Assembly (NCBI GenBank): GCA_051748025.1
Contig: JBNJGX010000003.1
Span: forward strand, 1 to 35,717
Length of the DNA: 35,717 bases
Source: Bacteroidota bacterium
Lineage (GTDB): Bacteria > Bacteroidota > Bacteroidia > Bacteroidales > ML635J-15
Direction of reading: 5' to 3'
In this document: piece by piece, positions 28,679 through 35,717 of the stretch
How the letters are laid out: each line of letters starts with the position of its first letter
How positions within the stretch are numbered: position 1 is the first letter of the stretch
Notes under the pieces: model-generated
Told to the model about the DNA's origin: nothing
Database searches by the model: none
The model's input: only the letters and a program-made list of their open reading frames with translations
Translations under genes and position numbers: made by a program

Positions 28679-29419
28679 ATGTCAAAGTTGAAAAAACAGA
28701 TAAACAGAGATAAACTGCCACAACATATTGCCATAATTATGGATGGTAATGGAAGGTGGGCAAGAAAACGTGGTGGAATCAGGTTAATGGGACACCGTGC
28801 TGGTGCCGGATCAGTAAGAAAAGTTACCGAAGCTTGTGCCGAACTGGGTGTGAAATACCTGACTCTATATGCCTTCTCAACGGAAAACTGGAGCCGCCCT
28901 GAAAATGAAATTAGTGGGCTAATGAGTCTTTTGCTCGAACAACTCCAAAAGGAAGCCAAAACACTTCTGGATAATGATATAAGTCTTCATGTTATCGGAG
29001 ATATCTCAATGTTGCCTGAAAGTGTACAGAAAAGGCTTAAAAAAGTAAAAGAGCAATGTAAAAATGGAAAACGTATGAGCTTAAACCTTGCCTTGTCATA
29101 TTCCGGACGGTGGGATATTGTGCAAGCAACACAGAACATTGCAAAAGATGTGAAAAACGGAAAAATAGATCCGGAAAAAATCAATCAGGACATTTTTGAA
29201 ACTTACCTCTCCACAAAAAATATTCCGGACCCGGAACTTATGATCCGGACAAGTGGTGAAAAAAGAATTAGTAATTATTTGGTTTATCAACTGGCTTATT
29301 CTGAATTATATTTCACCGATACGCTGTGGCCGGATTTTACAAAAAATGAATTGTATAAAGCAATACTGGATTATCAAACCAGGGAAAGAAGATTTGGAAA
29401 AACTAGTGAACAATTGTAA
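28679..29419 (+). CDS. uppS: Isoprenyl transferase / undecaprenyl diphosphate synthase
   Basis: HIAIIMDGNGRWA, LTLYAFSTENW and IRTSGEKRISN motifs of cis-prenyltransferases. Confidence 0.96.
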   Translation: MSKLKKQINRDKLPQHIAIIMDGNGRWARKRGGIRLMGHRAGAGSVRKVTEACAELGVKYLTLYAFSTENWSRPENEISGLMSLLLEQLQKEAKTLLDNDISLHVIGDISMLPESVQKRLKKVKEQCKNGKRMSLNLALSYSGRWDIVQATQNIAKDVKNGKIDPEKINQDIFETYLSTKNIPDPELMIRTSGEKRISNYLVYQLAYSELYFTDTLWPDFTKNELYKAILDYQTRERRFGKTSEQL

Positions 29420-29430
29420 GGGAGAATGGA

Positions 29431-31911
29431 ATGAAGAAAATTATTCTTAATATTACTGTATTGCTTTGTCTTAGTATTACACTTACAGCACAAGTGTCTC
29501 TAAAAGACAAGTTATCAAAAATCAATTATGCAGATCCTGAAGAATATGTGATCGGCGGAATTCAGATTTCAGGGGTTAAATATCTTGATCATAATGTGAT
29601 TATTCATCTTACTGGCTTACAGGTGGGTGATACCATCATGATTCCCGGAGAAACAATTACTGATGCCATTGAAAAACTGTGGGACCAGGGATTATTTTCT
29701 GATGTTAAAATTGTTGCTGACCGCATCATTGATGATAAAATATTTCTTGATATAGTCCTTGATGAGAGGCCAAGGCTTGCAAAATTTTCCTTCAAAGGGG
29801 TTAAAAAAGGTGAGGCTGATGACCTGCGTGAAAACCTTGACCTTGTTAAAGGTTCTCAGGTGACAGATAACCTTCTGCTTAATATTAAATCAGAAGCCAA
29901 ACGGTATTTTATTGATAAAGGTTACCTCAATGCCGAGATCAATGTTAAGCAGAAAGAAGACACAACCATGCCCAATTCGGTCATTTTGAACATTAACATT
30001 GACAAAAATGAACGGATAAAAATTGATAACATGATCATTGAAGGCAATGAACATTTTTCTGACTGGAAAATCAAAAGATTGATGAAGGAAACCAAAGAAA
30101 AAGCATGGTACCGTTTCTGGAAAGCATCAAAATTTATCAAACCTGAGTTTAAAGATGATAGAAAGGCCATTATCAGAAAATATAATGAAGAAGGTTTCAG
30201 AGATGCCCGTATTATGTATGATTCAATTTACCCGAATGATGAAGGGGGTATTAATCTGGTGCTGGGTATTGAAGAAGGAAAAAAATATTTTTTCCGTAAC
30301 ATTGATTGGGTAGGCAATACCAAATATACAGATGACCATCTAAGCAGGGTGCTTGGAATTGAGAGGGGGGATGTTTATAATCAGAAACTGCTCGATGAAC
30401 GGATGATGGGTGAAAATTCCGTGTTTTCTGTGTATCAGGATAATGGGTATTTGTTTTCAAGTATCACCCCTGTGGAAGTGAATATCGAAAATGACTCTAT
30501 TGACCTTGAAATGCAGGTGGTTGAAGGTAAACAGGCAAGGATTAATAAAGTCACAATTGATGGTAATACGCGCACAAATGATCATGTAGTTATCAGGGAA
30601 ATAAGAACAAGACCGGGGGATCTTTATAAACGGTCAGACATTCAGCGAACCATCAGGGAACTTTCACAACTCGGATATTTTGACCCTGAAAAACTGAACG
30701 TTGATTTTGAACCTGATCCGGAAAAAGGCATTGTTGACCTGGAATATATTGTTGAAGAAAAGCCCTCAGACCAGATTGAGTTAAGTGGTGGTTATGGAGC
30801 AGGTATGATTGTGGGTACCCTGGGGTTGACATTTAACAATTTTTCACTTAAAAATATTTTTAATCCACGGGCTTACAGGCCTTTGCCTGCCGGTGACGGA
30901 CAGCGCTTAAGCCTACGTGCACAAGCCAGCGGGCCATATTATCAGAATTATAGTTTTTCGTTTGTTGAACCCTGGCTGGGTGGAAGGAAACCAAATTCAT
31001 TGTCCGTCTCCGTATATAACTCCCGGCAAACCTATGGATCTGACAGCAGCGCACAACACTTTATTGTCACAGGCGCCTCGGCCGGTTTGGGGCAACGCCT
31101 GGAGTGGCCTGATGATTTTTTTACACTTTATACCCAGTTGGGTTATAAACACTACAATATTAACCAGTGGTCAGGGTTCATTTATGATGATGGTGCTTCA
31201 AACAATATCAATTTTACTGCCAACCTTAGCCGCTCCAGTAGCGGGCCAAATCCTATTTTTCCCACAAGGGGAAATGATATGGAGCTCTCGCTCGAATTAA
31301 CACCGCCATTTTCTTTAATGAATGATAAAGATTATTCTACAATGAGCCCACAGGAAAAATATAAATGGATTGAATATCACAAATGGAAACTCAAAGCTGA
31401 TTGGTATACTACCCTGATGGGGTCAAAAGAAGGTGGAAGCCAGGCATTGGTGCTGCGATCAAAATTTGAATTCGGTTTCCTGGCTTATTATAATAATGAA
31501 ATTGGCCCCTCGCCATTTGAGGGATTCCAGCTTGGCGGAGACGGCCTGTACGGATATAATCTATACGGCAGAGAAACAATAGGACTTAGAGGATATACCA
31601 ACAATTCACTGACACCCGGTGACGGCGGAAATCTGTATAATAAATTCAGCATGGAACTCAGATACCCATTATCCCTGAATCCATCAGCTACATTCTATGG
31701 CCTGGCATTTATTGAAGGCGGAAATGCATGGAACGAATTTGCCGATTATAACCCATTTAACCTGAAGCGATCCGCCGGATTTGGTGTTAGGGTATATATG
31801 CCCATGATCGGAATGCTTGGCGTTGACTGGGGATATGGCTTTGATGAAATTTCCGGAAAAACCGGCGTAAATGGTTCACAAATCCATTTTGTTATTGGTC
31901 AGCAATTCTGA
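29431..31911 (+). CDS. bamA: Outer membrane protein assembly factor BamA
   Basis: 826 aa. Signal peptide, repeated POTRA domains (I.I.GN...D.VI..) and a C-terminal Omp85 barrel (..GFGVRVYMPMIGMLGVDWGYGFD..IHFVIGQQF). Confidence 0.95.
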   Translation: MKKIILNITVLLCLSITLTAQVSLKDKLSKINYADPEEYVIGGIQISGVKYLDHNVIIHLTGLQVGDTIMIPGETITDAIEKLWDQGLFSDVKIVADRIIDDKIFLDIVLDERPRLAKFSFKGVKKGEADDLRENLDLVKGSQVTDNLLLNIKSEAKRYFIDKGYLNAEINVKQKEDTTMPNSVILNINIDKNERIKIDNMIIEGNEHFSDWKIKRLMKETKEKAWYRFWKASKFIKPEFKDDRKAIIRKYNEEGFRDARIMYDSIYPNDEGGINLVLGIEEGKKYFFRNIDWVGNTKYTDDHLSRVLGIERGDVYNQKLLDERMMGENSVFSVYQDNGYLFSSITPVEVNIENDSIDLEMQVVEGKQARINKVTIDGNTRTNDHVVIREIRTRPGDLYKRSDIQRTIRELSQLGYFDPEKLNVDFEPDPEKGIVDLEYIVEEKPSDQIELSGGYGAGMIVGTLGLTFNNFSLKNIFNPRAYRPLPAGDGQRLSLRAQASGPYYQNYSFSFVEPWLGGRKPNSLSVSVYNSRQTYGSDSSAQHFIVTGASAGLGQRLEWPDDFFTLYTQLGYKHYNINQWSGFIYDDGASNNINFTANLSRSSSGPNPIFPTRGNDMELSLELTPPFSLMNDKDYSTMSPQEKYKWIEYHKWKLKADWYTTLMGSKEGGSQALVLRSKFEFGFLAYYNNEIGPSPFEGFQLGGDGLYGYNLYGRETIGLRGYTNNSLTPGDGGNLYNKFSMELRYPLSLNPSATFYGLAFIEGGNAWNEFADYNPFNLKRSAGFGVRVYMPMIGMLGVDWGYGFDEISGKTGVNGSQIHFVIGQQF

Positions 31912-31925
31912 TTGTATTATCTTTG
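31895..31925 (+). promoter_or_regulatory. Candidate promoter for the first ompH (TTG -33-like, TATCTTTG -7), overlapping the bamA 3' end
   Basis: Exact TAnnTTTG at 31918-31925. Partial -33 (aTTG) 20 nt upstream. Confidence 0.4.
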
Positions 31926-31971
31926 GTCCGTTATTTGTATGTGTTTTTTCTGAAATCAAAATTATACAGTT

Positions 31972-32484
31972 ATGAAAAAAATATTATTGTTAACCCTTTT
32001 GCCATTTCTTGCTTTAAGCTTAAATGCACAAAAGTATGCTTATGTGGATACTGATTATATCATGAACAATATCCCGACTTACGAAACAGCTCAGCAACAA
32101 CTTAATGAGCTCTCCGATCAATGGAAAAATGAAATTGATGAAATGAAAGCTGAGATTGAAGAAATGTACGAAGATTTTAAAGCTGAAAAAGTTTTTCTTA
32201 CCGAAGAGCTAAAAATGAAACGGGAAGATGAAATCATCCAAAAGGAAAAAGAAATGAAAGAACTGCAAAAAAAATATTTTGGCCGTGAAGGTATGTTGTT
32301 TCAAAAACGCAAAGAATTACTCAAGCCAATACAAGATGATATTTTTAATGCTGTAAAAGAAATTGCCCAGGAAGGCAATTATGCTGTTATATTTGATACA
32401 GCCAATTCTATGAATATGTTATATACAGATCCAAAATATGATAAGAGCGATGATGTGCTCAGAAAACTTGGATATAAAAATTGA
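31972..32484 (+). CDS. OmpH/Skp family periplasmic chaperone
   Basis: 170 aa. Signal peptide, coiled-coil-rich, YAYVDTDYIM...AVIFD pattern of the OmpH family. Conserved position after bamA. Confidence 0.9.
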   Translation: MKKILLLTLLPFLALSLNAQKYAYVDTDYIMNNIPTYETAQQQLNELSDQWKNEIDEMKAEIEEMYEDFKAEKVFLTEELKMKREDEIIQKEKEMKELQKKYFGREGMLFQKRKELLKPIQDDIFNAVKEIAQEGNYAVIFDTANSMNMLYTDPKYDKSDDVLRKLGYKN

Positions 32485-32498
32485 TTATTTTACTTTTG
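32468..32498 (+). promoter_or_regulatory. Candidate promoter for the second ompH (TTG -33-like, TACTTTTG -7)
   Basis: Exact TAnnTTTG at 32491-32498. cTTG 20 nt upstream. 25 nt separate the box from the ATG. Confidence 0.4.
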
Positions 32499-32523
32499 TT
32501 AATCTTAAAAAACACACAACATT

Positions 32524-33030
32524 ATGATGAAACGAATCGGATTGATTGCAGCCATTGTTCTGATAGCAGGAACTGCTGCCAATAGCTTTGCACAAAAACT
32601 TGGATATGTCAGGGTTGAAGCTATTTTTGAAGAAATGCCTGAGCGTGCCAAAGCTGAGAAAGAAATTACTGAATACTCCAAACAGCTTGAAGAGCAGTTG
32701 CAAACAATGAATGCAGAGTTTGAAAAAAAGTACCAGGAGTATGAAGAAAATTATGAAAACTGGGGTACCGCTGTCAGAAAAGACAAAGAACTTGATATTC
32801 AGAATTTACAACAACGGATACAGGGATTCCAGCAAAGTGCACAGAGTGACTTGCAGGAAAAAGAACAGGAACTCCTTGAACCAATATATGAAAAAATAAG
32901 AAACGCTATCAAAAAAGTAGGTGATGATGAAGGATATGCCTACATTTATGATAATTCTATGTTGCTTTATAAGTCTGATGATAGTGATGACCTTACCGAA
33001 AAGGTAAAAAAAGAATTAGAATTACAATAA
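32524..33030 (+). CDS. OmpH/Skp family periplasmic chaperone (second paralogue)
   Basis: 168 aa. Signal peptide MMKRIGLIAAIVLIAGTAANSFAQ, LGYVRVEAIFEEMPE..., coiled-coil middle, YAYIYD C-terminal block. Confidence 0.9.
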   Translation: MMKRIGLIAAIVLIAGTAANSFAQKLGYVRVEAIFEEMPERAKAEKEITEYSKQLEEQLQTMNAEFEKKYQEYEENYENWGTAVRKDKELDIQNLQQRIQGFQQSAQSDLQEKEQELLEPIYEKIRNAIKKVGDDEGYAYIYDNSMLLYKSDDSDDLTEKVKKELELQ

Positions 33031-33062
33031 TATCTCGAAATAATTCTGAAATTGACCATCTT

Positions 33063-33301
33063 GTAACTAATCAGTCATAAAGGATTCTGTCAATAACGGT
33101 TAATAAAATGTTAATAATAGTTAAAATCGGTTACTTATGAGTCCCCCACCCGAAATAATAGGTTTTAGGGGTTAGGGGTTAGGTTTTAGGTCATGAGAAA
33201 TCTTAAACCTAAAACCTAACCCCTAAAACCTAAACCCTATTAATAGTAACCGTTCTAAACTGATATTAACCGTTCTTAACTGATTTTAACTGATTGGTAA
33301 C
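33063..33301 (+). repeat. MITE-like element, copy 3 (239 bp, no ORF). Termini GTAACTAATCAGT / ACTGATTGGTAAC, with a telomere-like palindromic core.
   Basis: Core hairpin at 33159-33239 (about 33 bp stem, 15-nt loop catgagaaatcttaa). Flanked by CCATCT on both sides (33056-33061 and 33303-33308). Confidence 0.85.
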
Positions 33302-33326
33302 GCCATCTCGTTTGATGGTCTTTTTT
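33302..33326 (+). terminator. Weak intrinsic-terminator-like hairpin plus T-run between the repeat and murI
   Basis: gccatc-tcgttt-gatggt (6 bp including one G-U) followed by cTTTTTT. The short stem keeps confidence low. Confidence 0.3.
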
Positions 33327-33338
33327 AGTTTTTCTAAC

Positions 33339-34142
33339 ATGGATAAATCTAAAAATATCATTGGAATATTTGATTCCGGATTGGGAGGTTTGTCTGTATG
33401 GAATCATGTGGCCGGGTTTATGCCCGCTGAGTCTTTTGTGTATTGTGCCGACAGCAAGTTTGCCCCTTATGGATATAAAAGCAATGATAAAATTATTGAA
33501 CGCAGCCATGTACTTACAAAATTTTTGATTGGCCATAATGCCAAATTAATTATTGTAGCTTGTAATACGGCTACGGCTGCAGCTATAGAATCCCTTCGCA
33601 ATACTTATCCCGATATACAGTTTGTTGGTATGGAACCCGCTGTAAAACCCGCCAGCCTTCTTTCTAAAACCGGAAATATTGGTGTGCTCGCTACACATGG
33701 TACATTTAACGGAAAATTGTTTAAACAAAATCAGGAAAAATACAAACCCTACGTAACAATACACTATACCGAAGGGGCAGGGCTTGTTGAACTTGCAGAA
33801 CAGGGTAAAGTTTTTTCTCAGGAGGCCGAAACCCTCCTCAAAAAATACCTCCGGCCATTGATGGAGCAAAATGTGGATCAACTTGTGCTTGGTTGTACTC
33901 ATTATCCGTTATTCATCCCTGTTGTTGAAAAAATTACCGGCGGAGCGATAAACATTATTCATCCGGCCGATGCCATCGCAAAAAGGACCAAAGACCTGCT
34001 TATGCAAAGCCGCATATTACGCAACGATGCCGTTAAGGGAAAAACTACGTTTTACACAAATGGTGACCGGAAAACGATGAGAAAAGTTTTAACTCAGCTC
34101 AATATTACTTCAAAACCGGTAATTTCTAAAATAAATTATTGA
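33339..34142 (+). CDS. murI: Glutamate racemase
   Basis: IGIFDSGLGGLSV and IIVACNTATAAA motifs, and GCTHYPL. ATG 33339 is preferred because the ORF-track start at 33294 lies inside the repeat. Confidence 0.94.
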   Translation: MDKSKNIIGIFDSGLGGLSVWNHVAGFMPAESFVYCADSKFAPYGYKSNDKIIERSHVLTKFLIGHNAKLIIVACNTATAAAIESLRNTYPDIQFVGMEPAVKPASLLSKTGNIGVLATHGTFNGKLFKQNQEKYKPYVTIHYTEGAGLVELAEQGKVFSQEAETLLKKYLRPLMEQNVDQLVLGCTHYPLFIPVVEKITGGAINIIHPADAIAKRTKDLLMQSRILRNDAVKGKTTFYTNGDRKTMRKVLTQLNITSKPVISKINY

Positions 34143-34199
34143 TTTATTGGAAATTATTATTAAATTTGGATGTTAACAATAAAATATTTCTTGTACAAA

Positions 34200-34928
34200 A
34201 TGAATTGTATAGTAATAGATGATGACCATATTGTTCGTAAACTCATCGAAGAGTTCATCGGAAAAACAAACAAACTCCGGTTGTTTGGTTCTTACGATAA
34301 TCCCGTTTCAGCTTTGAGTGAAATAGCCGGATCTGGCAAACAGGTGGATATTATATTTCTTGATGTGGAAATGCCCGAAATGTCCGGCCTGGAATTAATT
34401 GAAAATCTTAAAACAAAACCACAAATAATCATCATTAGCGGTAAAGATAAATATGCCCTTAGGGCTTTTGATTATGATGTAACAGATTATTTACTTAAAC
34501 CAATTTCATACAGCCGGTTTTATAAAGCAGTAGAACGCGCAATTGAGCACAGAGATAATAGCGTTGAGGAAATCAATAACAAGGAAAATAAGGCAAGTAA
34601 CAGGAATGAATTGTTCATCAAAGAAAACGCAAAGTTAACAAGGGTGCGTATTGATGAGATATATTATGTAGAAGCACAAGAAAATTATGTTTCAATACAA
34701 ACCTATGATAACCGCTACCTTATTCATTTTACCATGAAAGCTATAAGGCCTAAATTACCTGATGATATTTTTGTAAGAATTCACCGGTCATATTATATCA
34801 ATATTATGCATATTCATTCCATAACAGGAAATGTTATTTTTATGAACATCAAAGAGGGTGAAAAACAGATTCCGATCGGTAAATCATATAAAGCAGATTT
34901 ATTAGACCATTTAAACCTTATTAAATGA
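34200..34928 (+). CDS. LytTR/AlgR-family two-component response regulator (REC plus LytTR DNA-binding domain)
   Basis: MNCIVIDDD..., DIIFLDVEMPEMSGLELI receiver motifs. C-terminal LytTR block (I.YVEAQENYVSIQT....L.....F.RIHRSYYINI). Confidence 0.88.
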   Translation: MNCIVIDDDHIVRKLIEEFIGKTNKLRLFGSYDNPVSALSEIAGSGKQVDIIFLDVEMPEMSGLELIENLKTKPQIIIISGKDKYALRAFDYDVTDYLLKPISYSRFYKAVERAIEHRDNSVEEINNKENKASNRNELFIKENAKLTRVRIDEIYYVEAQENYVSIQTYDNRYLIHFTMKAIRPKLPDDIFVRIHRSYYINIMHIHSITGNVIFMNIKEGEKQIPIGKSYKADLLDHLNLIK

Positions 34929-34929
34929 T

Positions 34930-35717
34930 ATGCAAAATACGGGTATCAGAAGTTTGTTTCAGCATCGCCTTGGCCAGACATCTGAACATCCCATGATGTT
35001 TCAGGCAACAAAAGCTAAAGGTATATATGTTTATGACCAAAACGGAAAAGCCTTTATTGACCTGGTTTCCGGTGTGTCCGTGTGTAATCTGGGACATCAG
35101 CATCCGGAGATTGTAAAAGCTGTAAAGGAGCAGGTTGACAAACACATGCACCTGATGGTTTACGGGGAATTTATTCAGCCCGTTCAGGTTGAATTGGCTG
35201 ATATGCTGGTAAACCAACTGCATGCATCCCTGAATGCAGTGTATTATGTCAACAGCGGCTCGGAAGCTGTTGAAGGGGCTATGAAACTTGCAAAACGATA
35301 TACAGGCCGCAGCCATATTGTGGCTTTCAAAAACGCTTATCACGGAAGTTCTCACGGTGCCTTATCTCTTATGGGTGATGAGAGATTTAAACAAAATTAC
35401 CGTCCCTTGTTACCAGGCATTGATTTTCTCAGGTTTAATGATACAAGTGGTTTCGAGATAATTAACGAACATACCGCTGCCGTAGTGATTGAACCCATTC
35501 AGGCTGAGGCGGGTATTTGTATCCCGGATGATGATTTCCTGGCAAAACTCAAAACACGTTGCCGGGAGGTGGGTGCCCTTTTGATCTTTGATGAAATTCA
35601 GACCGGATTTGGCCGTACCGGTAAACTATTTGCCCACATGCACTATAATGTGATCCCGGATATCCTGTGTATAGCTAAAGCTTTTGGTGGTGGAATGCCC
35701 CTGGGTGCTTTCGTGGC
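34930..35717 (+). CDS. Class-III PLP-dependent aminotransferase (acetylornithine/aspartate aminotransferase family), 5' part running off the window
   Basis: My own translation from ATG 34930: MQNTGIRSLFQHRLGQTSEHPMMFQATKAKGIYVYDQNGKAFIDLVSGVSVCNLGHQHPEIV...NSGSEAVEGAMKLAKRYTGR...LIFDEIQTGFGRTGKLFA...IAKAFGGGMPLGAF. It is open to the end of the window, so it is absent from the ORF track. Confidence 0.85.
   Translation, partial: MQNTGIRSLFQHRLGQTSEHPMMFQATKAKGIYVYDQNGKAFIDLVSGVSVCNLGHQHPEIVKAVKEQVDKHMHLMVYGEFIQPVQVELADMLVNQLHASLNAVYYVNSGSEAVEGAMKLAKRYTGRSHIVAFKNAYHGSSHGALSLMGDERFKQNYRPLLPGIDFLRFNDTSGFEIINEHTAAVVIEPIQAEAGICIPDDDFLAKLKTRCREVGALLIFDEIQTGFGRTGKLFAHMHYNVIPDILCIAKAFGGGMPLGAFV

Noticed and set aside
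20723-33301. Possibility that the three repeated segments form a CRISPR-like array.
   Set aside because: The repeats are 220-290 bp long, internally palindromic, in mixed orientation and separated by 2-10 kb of housekeeping genes. No cas genes are present. This is incompatible with CRISPR architecture.
33294-33338. Upstream extension of murI (start at 33294), and ORF 33276-33536 (-).
   Set aside because: The extension starts inside MITE-like copy 3 and crosses a terminator-like hairpin. MurI homology (IGIFDSGLGG) begins right after ATG 33339. The minus-strand ORF is antisense to murI.
34921-35355. 144-aa minus-strand ORF at the end of the window.
   Set aside because: It is antisense to a clear class-III aminotransferase reading frame (DEIQTGFGRTGK motif) that stays open to the window end and was missing from the ORF track only because it lacks a stop.

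Overview
This window is a chromosomal core region with Bacteroidota-type organisation, about 38-40% GC by eye. Most genes lack Shine-Dalgarno sequences, and several have TAnnTTTG -7 promoter boxes.

Gene order:
- Start of window: the 3' end of an EEP-family hydrolase, a small ParE/RelE-type toxin-antitoxin pair (- strand), and two Na+-coupled amino-acid transporters (SNF family and AGCS family).
- Next: a ComEA-like protein with four HhH modules, then rpsU, a XerC-like recombinase and hpf/raiA.
- A 727-bp repeat-rich non-coding region follows.
- The classical translation/transcription cluster: tRNA-Thr, tRNA-Tyr, tRNA-Gly, tRNA-Thr, tuf, tRNA-Trp, secE, nusG, rplK, rplA, rplJ, rplL, rpoB, rpoC and a DUF3467-like small gene.
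- Then asnB (-) and pdxJ (-).
- A cell-envelope cluster: CBS protein, single-POTRA beta-barrel, nadK, two DUF6089-like outer-membrane proteins, uppS, bamA, two ompH/skp genes and murI.
- End of window: an orphan LytTR response regulator and the 5' part of a class-III aminotransferase.

I found no rRNA, CRISPR array, prophage, transposase gene or obvious defence island. I see no convincing novel protein-coding system.

The unusual content is non-coding:
1. A family of three 220-290 bp MITE-like elements with GTWACYAATCAGT termini. Two carry a telomere-like palindromic core.
2. Two of these elements bracket asnB in inverted orientation. Their outer ends are 35-bp perfect inverted repeats.
3. A second class of CGAAG/CTTCG-armed palindromic elements.
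4. A perfect AAGGAGGT Shine-Dalgarno sequence upstream of hpf only.
5. Two structured intergenic islands, one after tuf and one after the rpoC-DUF3467 unit.

All calls come from reading the sequence and the ORF translations. No database search was run.
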